Source of the DNA: Epiperipatus broadwayi | Taxonomy: Eukaryota > Animalia > Onychophora | Assembly: GCA_028023455.1 (NCBI GenBank) | Contig: JAQFVV010000001.1 | Location: 19,964,001-20,028,000 of the forward strand | DNA: 64,000 nucleotides | Direction: 5' to 3' | Part shown: positions 48,001 through 62,100 of the stretch, piece by piece | Layout of the letters: each line of letters starts with the position of its first letter | How positions within the stretch are numbered: position 1 is the first letter of the stretch | Translations under genes and position numbers: made by a program | Notes under the pieces: generated by a model | What the model was told of the DNA's origin: nothing | Seen by the model: only the letters and a program-made list of their open reading frames with translations | The model's database searches: none

Positions 48001-50859
48001 GGTGGATTGACTACTGTCTGATTATATTATTTATGTTTTACAAACAGTGAAATATTTAGTTGCAAATATCGTGATCCGTTTACATTTAAATGTGTCACTC
48101 TCTTCGAAGCCAATTCCTAAAAATATGATCAAATTATTTCTCTCTTAAAATAATTTTAACTTACATTAAAGTTGCTTTAAAAATCAGGCTGTTATAGACT
48201 TGTTTCTCATATCACATACTTGAGTGGGCATCTACCATAGAACTTTAATTGTTTCATTTGTTTAAATTGGCATATGAACTATACCACTCCTGTACTTGAG
48301 GCATAATGAATTCCAGGATGAAAATTAATGTTAACAATTAATAAAATTAAACAGTGAGACATTAAATGAATTATAGAAATGTTTTTATTATATATATATG
48401 TGTGTGAATTTAATCTATCTATGGTTCATTTTCATTCCTTTTATTCTAAAATTAGCATTTCTAATTAATTATTGTGCAGCTATCTGATGACTCATGGTCA
48501 CATACATACCATTCCTATATTTAAGTTAATGAATAGGTTTAATTAGAATCAATATTCGAGTTAAACGTTAGAATTAGTTGAGGCTCATGCTCCACCATTG
48601 ATGCTAGTGGGCCGGAGTGTAGAAAAGATTAATTGCTTGCCTTGAAAATGTTGTTAATTAGTTGGCAGATTAAGAGAGTGGGTAAACAGGACAGAATCCA
48701 TAAGTATTCTTTATCTTTGATCTCGCGTATGATTGGATTCAATATACTTTTACCCAGGCTGTGAATCGTGTTGAGTTTCTGGTACAGTATGCATATATGT
48801 TAGTGGGCTCATCACGATGGATGGAGAAGTACATCCTTATCACTCATACTTATGCATATCCACACACATTGGATTTGTACATAGAAGAGGACAGATTAAG
48901 AACTAACTATTAGTTCTACACTTAATTTACCTCATCTATATTGCACTTCACTTCTGCTATTTCAGATTTTGAATCTAGGGAGAATTTGTGTGATCATCTG
49001 GTTCAAGTTATTTTTGTATCATCAAAGTATGAGTAGGTGTAACATAAACATATTTATTGGGAGTGGATATGATATTATGTATAAACACATGTGATGACAG
49101 TAAATATATGGAAGGATATGACTAATTAAAATTTGTCTACAGAAAAATAAACCAAGAATCATATTTTAACATTTGAATAAATGTAATAGTCATATTTACA
49201 GTAATTCGTATTTAAACAGAGAAAAATTTAAAACAAAATTGTGAAACATTCACTTAGGCATTTGTAGTTATTCTTTGTTTATACTTGGTTTCTAACATTA
49301 TCCTAAACCTTGATCCCCCAAAGAATAGCCACTCGATGTCTCAATCAACCTGAATAATTTTCATACTATATATAAAATTGCCATACATTTATTTGATTCA
49401 TTTAATTTTTATACTCCTATTTGACATCATGACGTTTTAGGATTCCCCCATTATGTATGATGCTTGTGCTGCAAATGAGGAAGACCCTTCATGACATAAA
49501 TAATTAATGTGAAATGAGAAAAAAATATGAAAAAAAGAAACAGTTAACATAGGCATTGGAATAAACAAATAATGAAAATGTATGTGTTGCAAATATATTA
49601 GGTTTAAATTATATATGTATTAGTTAATATGTTACCTTTCCCCTATTGGCTTATTGCATAATCAAGTATACATCATAGATTTTATTTTATTAAGCTTACG
49701 TTTCTAATGAAGATAATTCTTTATATTACTTGTCAACATTAATAATGAATCTTTAGCCCCTATATTAAAGTAAAGAAAACAAAATTATAATATTTAATAT
49801 ACAAATAAATTATGTAGATGATATTAACTTTAACTTGGCTTTAAAGTTTATATAGTGAAATGTTCTAATGACTTGTTCCAGTAATCCAAGGTGCTTCATT
49901 TACATGTAGATAGTAGTTCATAAAAGTTCTAGAAAATCTGTAAGGTCAATTGATTTTAATAGCCTCAGAATCAGTGTTTTGAAATGGAGAATTGTAAGAT
50001 AATTTTTATTACAAATCAGCTTGATTTTTATAGGTACCAATGTGGAGTGATGGACCAATTCCATCCCAATCTCAACAAATCATAGCTCTGCAGAGCATGA
50101 CCTTCTTTCCCTGATGTATTCCTTGTGTTTAGCACTGCATGTTTGTTTTCACTATTAATTATATTTGCTTAATTGTCAAAGTCTCTTATTACATATTTTC
50201 AGTTCTAGGTTTTGTGATCTATAATGGGAATTAATGATAATTTTAGAAATTCAAACACTTCTATTTTATTTATGAAGACTTTAATTTTGAATTCTTTATT
50301 TAGTTATATTGAATTATTTATGTTTACCCTTGCTTTTTGAATATTTATATATAAATTTTGAAAACACTGCCACTCAAAGTTGATCAACAATAGTCTTTGA
50401 ACTTTAACTTAAATTCTTTCATGTAGGAAATTATAAGTTCTGTAGGTAATAGATTTTTTTTTCTCCTTTTTACAAAAGCTTGTTGTTCATCTCCAGCATG
50501 TATGTTCATGCTCATCCTTTTATTTTATTATTGATGTCATCTTTACTAAGTATTAATGTAAATAATTTGTTAATAAAAATTCGAAAAGAAAATTTCTATT
50601 ATTTTTTTTTTACTTTTTATTTTTTTCTACTTTAATAATATTATTTTTTTTTATTTCTTGATCACCTTCATTCACTTGATCTAGTAGATATTGTTGTATT
50701 GTGCTTGCAATCATAATGCATTTAATAGCAGTAATTTTAAGCAGTTAGTTGTCATGACTGTTTGATAGATTTAGTTTAAAATCTTTGTATATTATTTATT
50801 TAAGTTAGGATTTTAAATGTAGACAGTAGTTATTGGTTTATCAATTTGTGTGCCCTAAC

Positions 50860-50970
50860 ATCTACTAATCTGGTAATTAATCAGTAACATTAACATCCTG
50901 GGTCTTGAATTAGGGTTGGGTCTCATGGTATGTACTAGGTATTGGAGGGGTGTTAGAAGTATCTGTAACA
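50860..50970. mobile_element. Terminus of an LTR-like element ending ...GTATCTGTAACA|ATAT
   Basis: GC-richer segment ends in TAACA directly against an (AT)n tract. The other end was not found. Confidence 0.45.
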
Positions 50971-51051
50971 ATATATATATATGTTATATTGTTAGAAGTA
51001 TCTGTAACAATATATATATATATATATATATTGTTAGAAGTATCTGTAACA
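50951..51051. repeat. Three exact copies of the 20-mer TGTTAGAAGTATCTGTAACA separated by (AT)n
   Basis: Copies at 50951-50970, 50990-51009 and 51032-51051. Confidence 0.95.
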
Positions 51052-51086
<35 letters not shown>

Positions 51087-52639
51087 AGTTTGTGAAATGG
51101 CAAATGAGTGAACACAATAATAATAATGATTACATAATCAACATACAATGTAGATAATTAATAATGTCATATATCTGGGCTTTAATAAGATTGCCAATGC
51201 AAAATGCCCAGAAGACAAATTACATGCTTGCAACTGTAATTATTAATTCTAGTCACAATTTCTATTTTTTATATTAATATTAATTCTCCTCAAGATTTTC
51301 TCAAATCTATTAAGCAGAAAATGACAACAAAGATATCCAGTGATCCATCTTAGCAAAACAAAATAATATAAATTAAGAAGGTAGTAAATAATATAAATTA
51401 AAAAGGTAGTAGATATAATCAGAGTTAAAATAAAACTGTATTCTATACTTTAAGATCATCTACAGATATATATGGCAATTATTAGATAGATGATATTTAA
51501 TAAAAATACTATATGTCTATTTAAATTATTTATTTTCTCAATTACAATATTTTTAAAAAAGGCAATGAAGATCATATTAAGAATATGCTATAAGTAATCT
51601 CTGCAAATTTAATGTCAATGAAATGCACTTCTAATCATTATTACTAAAACTGTCCATCCACATCAACCTTCAGGAAGGATCATTGCTCACATAAACATTG
51701 TCCATAATGTTAACTTTACTTTAATATAATCAAATTCTGGTGAACTATCTTTTTTAAGTGTAAATGATGCTACTTATATATATTCAGATAGAATACAAAA
51801 TGTTAAGGTACAATAGATATAAATTTCTATACATGGGTAACATATTAACTGCCAAAAATAATTAAAATAAACTATTCAGAAATTAAACTATGATAGATGA
51901 ACTTTATACTTTTGAATATAATCATTAGTTAATATTCAGGATATTCTTCAAAGGCAATGAAGTAGGTAACCAATACTATAAATTGAAGTGGGTTATTATA
52001 TATTACTGAAATATTTTAGGCACTAGCATACTACTAAAAATATTAAATAGAAGAGTCTACTTCATATATTTTTGGCCTGGAAAATAATATCTTAAATAAA
52101 CAGTGGGAATTTATAATTAATATCACATATTTTCAATAAGTAATATAGAGATGGTAAATTTATTGTTTCTAATAACATTACTTTGGAGAAGGAAGATTTA
52201 GATCAATTATCTTAATAAAGTCATAAAATAATGATATAGATATTCTATTATTCATTATAAAAGTAAAAAACAAAAACAAATTGTGCAAAACCATTGGTAT
52301 GGTAATAGCCAATTGCTTGTTGATTAATATAAACAGTAAATTTTCATATGAATTACAAATAAGATTTCAAGAATTAATTATTAAAATTAGAAGTGTGTTG
52401 GTACGCCATAATAACATAGAGATATTGGAAAAATATATACAAGAATAATTTATTATGATAATATAATATAATATAGTATAATATAATATAATGCAAGCAG
52501 ATTATAATCTAATGTTCCAAAACCTATTCAAAATATTTATTGAATAAATACCAAAAAAAAAAAAATTGACAAATTATAGTCAAACATTTTATTATCATTA
52601 TGAATTGTGCTTAATTTAAATATTTAATCTGCCTTATTT

Positions 52640-53340
52640 TTTGGCAATTTGGTTAATATAAATACACTTTGCAACATGTTTTGATACATCTAGTCATTGT
52701 CATAGTAAATAATTGATGTGGTGGGATATGTCTTTGATGAAATATAAATTTTCACAACTCATTGACACAATTGATACTGGCAAAAATATCTATTAGAACA
52801 TAAAGTCCATAGTTATGAGTTATTAATTACATTAGTTGTGAGTCAATAGAATTTATGAATTTATCCTTTTGGTAATATTGAATCTCCACATTCCACAGTA
52901 TTATTAGTAACTTATCTAAGCCATTTCCATCTCTGTGACGAATAGCAGTGCAAACATCAGTTAAATTTCCATATTGTCAGATTATTGACCAGAATTCGCT
53001 ATCTTATTTTAAAATTGTAATGCATGGTGCAATTTTTCATATAATTGCATATATCAAATCCAGTTATACATGATTATGCACAATAAAAGCTTGCATAACA
53101 ATAATAATAGCAACTTATTTAATCAACTGTAGACTTTTTCTAGTCCATTAAGCATAAATCTTTCAGTATTAATTGAAGTAATAAGAAAGTGTCACAATTA
53201 ATGCATATTCAGATAAAATAAGTCTCAAAGCACTGGAATCTTATAAGAATTTCATTAATTAACTTCATATGATCACCATTTCTTATGCTTGTTTATAACT
53301 GTTATTAAACCAGTTTTTGCCTGTTTTAATTTAATTAAAT
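52640..53340 (-). mobile_element. Decayed LINE reverse transcriptase fragment (CR1/L2/Jockey-like)
   Basis: Minus-strand fragments KTGLITVINKHKK.GD (cf. WK.A.V.PIHKKGD) and YCGMWRFNITK (cf. YC..W.L.IN..K). Confidence 0.4.
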
Positions 53341-56300
53341 ATTTTTGCTTATATTCCAAAAATTATCATAAAAATCATGTACTGCAAAAAAGAATAAAGA
53401 TGATCATATATTAAAAAAATACTATTTCATTTGAACAGAATACATAGAATATGTATTTGAAAAAAAAACTTAATGGTGAAATAATCTACTAATATATTAC
53501 AGTGAAATACTTGGAAAGTAGATATTAATAATGAGAATTATTAATAATCCAAACTATTTCTATCCCTCAAATACAAAAAGTATCTATTTCACATTTACTA
53601 GATATTATGCTGAGGGCTTATTCTTGATATTTGATGCATTTATTGCTGATTATTTATTTAAAAGTGTGAATGCAAAAAGCTGAAAATCATTATAGTTGTT
53701 AAAAAATGGATATATTCTATAAAATTTACAATTTTTTATTTAAGATTACATTTTAATTACTAAGCTTGAATTTAAAAATAATGACTTTGCTTTAAAAAAA
53801 AAAAAAAACAATAATCTATTGAAGCATATATTTTTGAATAATTAATTAGTATCTGAAACATTCTTAAAAATATTATTTGAAGGTTCATATTTCTACTAGT
53901 ACAACTTAAAAGTTTTAAAAAAAATCATGTGATTAATAACGGATACTAGATTATTTATATAAACTTTTGCAAAATTAAAAATGTTATCTGAACAAAACTT
54001 TTAATGAAACTCATTAATAAATACTGAATATAAAAGATCAATAATAAATTTAAATAATGAAATATTTCATTGTTTTTGTTTTGTTTAGATAAAATTTGCA
54101 ACAACTTAAAGATCTTGAAAAAACTTTTACTCAATTAACAAATTCAGAATTTGCAGATAGCAAAATTATTATCATCTAGTGCTTTTTCCATCTTGATAAA
54201 CACTATAATTTTGATATAATATTCTTTTTTTTACACAGGCAGAGATTACGATGATGAAGTTTTTAATAAATTAACATGGCTAATAGAAAAATGACAAAAA
54301 TAGAGCTCATCAGCTTATAATTTACTCAAATTCAACAAACTTATATTTAAACATTTAAAAAACATAAGATATGGAATCATTTTATTTCTACATATTCTTT
54401 GGATTATAAATCTTACTTAAAATCACAAATTCATAAAATCTAAATGAAATTTCTAAATCTACACTGTTATGCTTAAATTATCATTCAATTACTTTAAACT
54501 AAAAATAATTAATAATTATAAAAATATGTTAATGTATTAAAAAATTCATGATTACAAATTAAATTAAATTTAAACCATAAAATCTGATTTAAAATTATTT
54601 AAAAAAGTGTGTACATCCAATTTAATAATATGTGAATTCCCAAAAATATGCAGTATAATATCTATGAACTTTTAAATATATTCATCAGAAACTATCCTCT
54701 AGAAATTATAAACATAAAAAAATAACTGGCACCATATGGGCAATAAAACTTCATTGTTCATAAAATGTTTGTAACAATAAATTTCATTATAAAAAAATTG
54801 TGCTTACATCAGAAATTGTAAGTAAAGTAATCACAGAAATTATTTATTCACTAAAATAAGTAACTTGAAAAACAGAGCAAGAAAAAGTTATTAATCAAGA
54901 CATTATATAAAATGTTGGCAACAAAAGAATTAGAATGTACAATAAATGTACTCTAATGATCTTTAGAAAACCAGTCTAAGCATCAAGCATTATATCAGGA
55001 AGAATGTTGCATATAATCTTAAAGCTTTGAAACATCTAGTCTTGCTTTATACTAAAGAAATAGGATATTAAAGAAGTCACCAAAAATTGTTTTGTTATTT
55101 CTTGATCTAATCATTATAAGATATAAAAATGCCCACTTTGATAATACATATTACAATAATACTCAATAGTTAAATAAATGCAGAGTTCCTGAACAGTGAT
55201 ATTTAAGTATCCATTCTAAAAAAATATTTTTATTAATTTCTCAAATTTATCTGAGATTTCAAATCACAAATTACTTACTATTACATAGCAAATTACTTAG
55301 ATAAAAAATTTAATATACAAATATTAATTTATTTTTGAGAAACAGAATTGAAAATGATCAAATGTAGTGTTGTTTTACAATGCTTAACTTTTTGAAGGTT
55401 ATGGATGATGTGTAGATTAAAATCCCCTAAGTTGAGTGCACAAAGCTAACAAGATATTTGATAAAGAAGTTAAAATTATTCATCCTAATCAAATTAATTT
55501 AATTATTAATCAGATCACTACCTACATTATTATTTTCAATGATGGCATTTGTAGATATGAAAATGAATAATGTAATTAGCAGTTTGATTGGTATTTAATT
55601 TGGTGAGAATTATAAGTTTTTCAATGAGACTAATTAAACATTTTTTCAAAAAAAAATAATTTGAAGCCGAAATCTTTAAAAATTCTTCCTTACTATATAC
55701 AATTCTTTACATTAATTACTCTCTGTTTTATACTACTACTAAATTCTTCAGAGACAAAATATCAATTCTCTTCTTTTTTTTCATTCCTCTTTTATTTTTT
55801 GTTTTTCAAATTTTGAGGATTATAATCTTACATTAAAATAATTACATTCAAAAGATTTTACTTTCCTTCACATATTAATGCATATTTTATATATTTTTAG
55901 AATAGAAAATGGATAAAGAATAAGTATTACAAATCCATTTTACCTTTTTTTTTTAAAAATAAAAATATTCTAAAAAGTTTCCCAAAAAACATTGCCTGAT
56001 TAATTATTTTTTGAAATTAAATTTTCTCTACAAAATAACCTGTGAATAAAAAAAAAGGACTGAAAATAATTCAGATATAAAACAAAATATTAATTCAAAT
56101 GTTTGAACATGAAAATTGCTCTTATAAATCCATAAAATTTCAAACCATTAAATTTAAAATGAATCCATAAAAAAAAATCTTATAAAATGAAGAATAAAAT
56201 TTAAAAAATCTACTTTATCAATCTTTACAAAAAATGAAAGCAGTATCTGAAACAACATTGTTTTAAAAAATTCTAAATATTATAGAATGCTTAGTTCAAA

Positions 56301-57739
56301 TATTTGAAATTAGTTCAAGCACTAATAAAATATATTCAATTTCCTGTTACAAATGATGCACCATTCATGGAGCATCATATTTAGTTATTTTAATATTACT
56401 GTAATAGAAAAGATAATGCCCATCACTGACAGTCACATATTAACAAATAAAATTTTAAGTTATAAATATAATTAATCACTTCTTTATTCAAAAGCTACCA
56501 AAATATATACTATTAAAATTAAGTTTGGTAGAAAATAAAACTTTGCTTAAAATCAATTGTCATTTATTACTGAATTATAAAATCTTTATTAATATTACTA
56601 AAGAATTCTTTCCAATAGCCGGTGCATTTTATTCCACAGAAGCATAAATTATTTAATTCATAATGTATAACAAGTTTTAAGACTGTAAAATTAAAAAAAT
56701 TAAAAAGGAATGATTTTTTTTTAAATTTATATATTCTTTTTTTATTATTTAATAATATATATATATTTCATAAACACTTTTATTTGCAGTGCACTAACAA
56801 GTCAAAAAATAATTAATTGTTTTCTTCAATCACAACTATGTTGTTTTTTATACTTAAAATAAAAGCATGGGAATTGTAAAAAATAATGATTTAATTAATT
56901 AATTACTGGTTATTCTATGCTTTTATTTCAAATATATTAAAGAAAACAATTAAATTTGGTAGCTTTTTAGAGCCCAATAAATAAAAGTATTTATTTTAAA
57001 AAAATTATATACATTTTAAAGTTTTTAGTATTTCTACAATAATTAAACTGTTTATTATAAATTATTTTCTATATATAGTATTTTATTTTTTTAGTATTCA
57101 TATATATTTTTAATTACTTCTATTTAAAACAAATAATAGAAAGACAGCTGTCTGTATAATATTTTGAAATTCATGATCCATTAAAAATCAATTATAAAAT
57201 TATTTTGCCTAGGAAAAAAGCATTTTTAAAAAACAACCTACAATCAAAAACAAAATAAATTTTTATCCATTTTAAAATAAGCAACTTTTACAAACAATTG
57301 AAAGTGATATTGTTTTTGTTTTTATTTTAATTGATCAATAATACTTTTTAATATAACATTTTTAAAAAAATAAAAATGTTTAATAAGTATAACTCCCTTT
57401 GGTGTGCATCACTATAAATTTATTGAAATTCAGACCACTAGTATCTTTACATTAAACAAAACCAGATTATCAATCTGAACAATTTCACTGTCATGTTGCA
57501 TCATCATCAATTTCTTAGAAAAATTGTAAAAAGTCCATTTGATAAAAGTCTCTTAAATCACAATTACAAAATGTATCCTAAATTAATAAACAAAGTTTTT
57601 AAGTTATATAAAATATTTGAAAACAAATTAAAATTTGTAATGATTGTTTTTAGAATGTAATAAAGAATTTATAAAAGAAAAAAAAAAAGAAAAATATTGT
57701 AAGTAAATATTAAATTTCAAATTAGAACAATAATTAACA

Positions 57740-58330
57740 CTTTAATAGCCCAAACCGCGAAATCACGGTTGTATTAAAGCTTAGAGCAAGGCCTATAAGA
57801 TGCTGCCATCTTCTGAATTATTTACAAGTAAAAAATCAATACTAGGAGGGTTTTAAGTTGAACAAAAGAAGAAGGCCAGTTTTGATTGTTTGGATAATCT
57901 ATTCCCAATCTATTCTCAATTCTTATTGGCTGATGATTCCGTTAAATATTTTTTCACCGCTAAAATAAAAATATATATTTTGGAGTGTTTTTTTTTATTA
58001 TGTTTTGTACATAATATAAATAATTTTCATAAAATATGATAAAAATATAGTTATTTTACAAAAGTAGTAAGGTTTTATTAAAAAATTGTATATTTTACAC
58101 GAGCCGTAGCAGCAATTTTTGACATCTTGTCAAGAGGTTAGATTGCTCCAAGATGATTATTTGATTTTCAAACAAAGATTAATGTTTTAAAATATTTTTC
58201 TGGCATTCATTTAAATATTATAATGTATTTTTGGTGTATTTTTTTAATAATATGCTGAAAATATAATTATTTTGAGAAAAACGTTAAGATATTTCCTAAA
58301 AAAGTCTTAAAAAATTTGTAACGTGAAATC
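57740..58330. promoter_or_regulatory. Candidate host promoter or regulatory island
   Basis: Retained CpGs, NF-Y-type ATTGGCTGA (57925-57933) and CCAAT (57905), YY1-type GCTGCCATCTT (57802-57812, AAGATGGCAGC on minus), and no TE hallmarks recognised. Confidence 0.35.
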
Positions 58331-58749
58331 TGGGAGGGATTTAAATGACATTTACAATCCTTCTAATTTGCTCATAATGTTTTCTTTGATTTTTCTGCTT
58401 TTGAATATTTCTATAAAATACAAATAAAAATATATTTTTGAAATAACTTTTGTTTACTTTCCTAACATTACAAACAATTAATATACTTTTTGAAAACGAA
58501 ACTAAATTTAATATATATTAAAAGATGAAAATATTTGTATCAAAAAGTTTCTCACTTGACCAATTAAAACCAATTAAAAGTTTCGGAGTTTTACTTCACT
58601 CGACCAATAATGAAAGTGATCCATTAAAGTGTTAATCCTTGGATTAGTACATGTACCATTAATTGGAAAATTATAGCTTTAATATTTGATTGTATAAGAT
58701 CATGACAAACTATTTAAAACATATTTCAAATCAGTGAAAATAAATAACA

Positions 58750-59150
58750 TTCCAGCACTTTAGATTTGTGTATAACAATCCATGTGGCAGTCAACAATTT
58801 TATCTGACACTTCATGCAATAGTGGCTTTCAACGAGATGATCTTGGCATGCAATGCAAAGACAAAGTTATATTCAACCAGCACTGTATGAAAAAACTTCA
58901 ATATACTGTCATAGTCTTAAAAATGAACTAAATTATGAGAATATATCAGTTGCAACCAATCCAGTCAATATTGCAGCCTGACAAATCTTACAAAGTATGT
59001 CTCCTGTTATTTTAAATCTGCCTCTTTCTTATCACAAGATCAATCAAATAGTAAAGATCTAATAGCCAAAAGTGTTGCTATTAACCAAAGAACAAATCAC
59101 AAAGATGAAATGGAAATAATTCATTAACATTAGGATAATTTATCAGAATA
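58750..59150 (+). pseudogene. Possible decayed Ac/ZBED1-type hAT transposase fragment
   Basis: One frame reads *WLSTR*SWHAMQRQSYIQPALY, loosely resembling TRWNSTY.ML.R...QQ.AIY. Multiple stops. Confidence 0.25.
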
Positions 59151-62100
59151 AACATTTCAATATATTCAATCCAGGGCATCTTGATCTATGAACTTTGAAC
59201 TTTATTGAGAAATAATAATAGAGCATATAAAGTAAGTCTTCAAGAGAAAGAGCAGTTACTCCTACTTTCCATGTTTTTCAAGTTTAAACTTCAAGAGAAG
59301 TAAAATGGAATGGATTTTCTGTGATCTCAACATCCAACATGTGTGTATTAAATCCTCATTGTTGCAGATGAAATTCAAAAAGTATCAAAGCTCAACAGAA
59401 TTAGGGACCACCAACCTAATTTATTTTACAGGTATATCAATCAAAGCAATATGCATGAGAAAGTCTAATTTTAAGATTCCAAAGTTATGTTACACTTATG
59501 CTGTTTTATATATGTAAGGAGGCATAGATAAACAAAATCTATTGTCAATCATGTATATATTTATCATGCATGAAAGCGCACATGAAAAAATAAACTGCTG
59601 AAAACATAAATATATACTATTATTTCACTTCATTTTTTTTTAAAAAGAAAAAACAAATGGAGGAAACTGTCTTACAATAATTTGAAATAAACTTTTGATA
59701 AAATTAAAACCAACTAACTAAAAAATTTGTTATTAGATACAAAAGAACTTTCAAGTTGACTTTAAAAAAAGATAGTTATCCTTCTTTAGTCTAAAAGTTT
59801 TGTTTACAATTTAACAATGATCAGAGGGAAAGGGGATAATAATAACTTTGTTCATAATTAGAATTAAGAATTGCAATGTTTTTTTTTCTTTTTAATATTA
59901 GAACAATCTGGTATGTGTAGGTTTATTATACATACATTAACTTTTACTTTCTTATATAGTAACAGTACACTACATTAGAGCTGAATGGTAAGACATGGAA
60001 CATCATCATCATTCCCAAAGAAACAAAATATAAAATAAAATATAAAAGAAATGATAATGAATATAATGAGCATGATAGATCAGTGAATAACTAATTATAA
60101 GTTCATCTAGCATTACAGAAAAAATAATCATTCATCATCATCATGAATAATCAACAATAAAAAAATCAACCATATGAATAAATTTTAAATGGGTTTACTA
60201 TAATTCAGGCTAATTATTTAGTCACTGACAAACTTAGGACAGCAATACAATACAATAATTTGGATGCACAGATTCTGGTACTAATCCATCAGAATATATA
60301 AAAAATCAAATAATGCTGAGAAAATAAAATATGCTGCTCATCATCTATGTCCTTGCCATATAGTAACATTAATGTATTGTCCAAGTATACTTAATTTCCA
60401 ATTAATAATAAATAAAATGTAGTGGCTGCACTTTAAAAGATATATATTTGCATCATATAGAGTTATCTGTACTTCAAACATCAATCTAAATCTCTAATCC
60501 ATACAACAAACTGTTATGCACAAATCTAGCTCAGGAAGCAAGAAATCTATGAACCATTACTGTGAGCAAGAGATAAATAAATAAATAAATAAAGAATCTT
60601 ACTATAAATTACATTAAATAATTCCTAGATTAAATAGTTTTATTGGGATCATTTAAAATATCTAGAATGCTAAGCTGTCATGAAATAAAGTCACACACAC
60701 TGCAATTTATGAAATAGGTATTGGATAGAATAAATAAATTAATACTAAGAACTACTTTTGAAAACAATAACTTAATAACTAACTGATTAACAATAAATAA
60801 AAAAAAATGGCATGATAGTATGAAATTTTAAACATTCATTTCATCAAAAAAAATATATTGTCATAAAAATTATAATTAATCAGTCGATTTTCATTTCCAA
60901 AGTAATTTTTAATTCATTATTTCTTTAAAATAACTAACAGTTGTAAAAACAACTTTCAAATTCAAAGATAATAATCTTTGATTTAGCCTAATTAACCTTT
61001 AGTTAAGTTTTTAGGAGAGAAAATAAATGAAATGAGAAAAACATGTTTCAAAACAAAAAATTGAAATTTATAAAAAATTAAATTTTCTAAAAACTCTTTC
61101 ATAATTTTAAAGAGAAAATTGATTGGACTTAAAAAAAAGTTTCAAAACTTAAAAATATTAACTTAATGAAAATATGTAAAGTTATCAATTCTTGCAACAA
61201 GAATTTTTTTTACTATAAATGAAAATTTAGTGTGCATAAACAAAAAATACCTTTAACCACGATTTCATTTTCTATGTAGTCTTTTTTCCTTCATAATTTC
61301 TAGTTTTTTCCAATTGAGTTTCTCCTTGAAGGCTTCCAGACATGTACATGGTAACTTTCTTCATTTCTTGATTTGCAGTAATCCCAGGTTTAAAAATATC
61401 AAATTTTATTTATTTATTTCCAACTAAATTTTCCAAACGAGACTAACACAGACAGAAACTCATGAACTTGGGTGAAGACAAGGTTGCAGATTACTTTAGG
61501 GTGTAACTTCTTACAATTTTATTCCAGTGAAGGCAAGTTACATGAAGGAAGATGTCTAGTTTTTAGCTAACTTAGCTCATAATTTTTATTGTAAAAACCA
61601 CTTTTATAAGTAAACTCATAGTATGCTAAAAGCTTGATTAAAACTTCTATTCTATGCAATAACATGGTTATGATTCATGCTGTACTATGTAAATCTTGGC
61701 AAAGACTTCTGCTTCTTTCTTCTTTATCAGCTAAATTAAGACTTGCTTATCTCTCTTCATTAGCTATGTTAGGAATATATACTTCTTACCAGACACTTGG
61801 GTCTTCTGATTTATTCACTCCTCTTATTTTTTTAGAACAATCCCATTCAATCAAATAACACTTTGTCTCTTATATGGCACAATTAGTAATAACCAATTAG
61901 ATCAAATTTTATAAATATAATTGTTCAGTTATGTCCCTCTTTAATCTTTGACATTGAAAAACAGGCCAAGAACTTAAATTAACATGATAAAATTCTTCAT
62001 ATTCCTTTCTAATAATAAAAAAATTATACAAAAAATAAAAACAAGATAATCAGTTAATTGCATTGATTTGATTTTTTGTAATGAAGAAAGATAAAGGAAG

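Noticed and set aside
50951-51051. CRISPR-like array of 20-bp repeats
   Set aside because: The spacers are only (AT)n, the context is eukaryotic, and there are no cas genes.
61260-61900. GC-elevated block with coding-like purine bias on the minus strand
   Set aside because: No recognisable motif and stops in all frames. It is probably an unclassified TE fossil but I cannot support a call.
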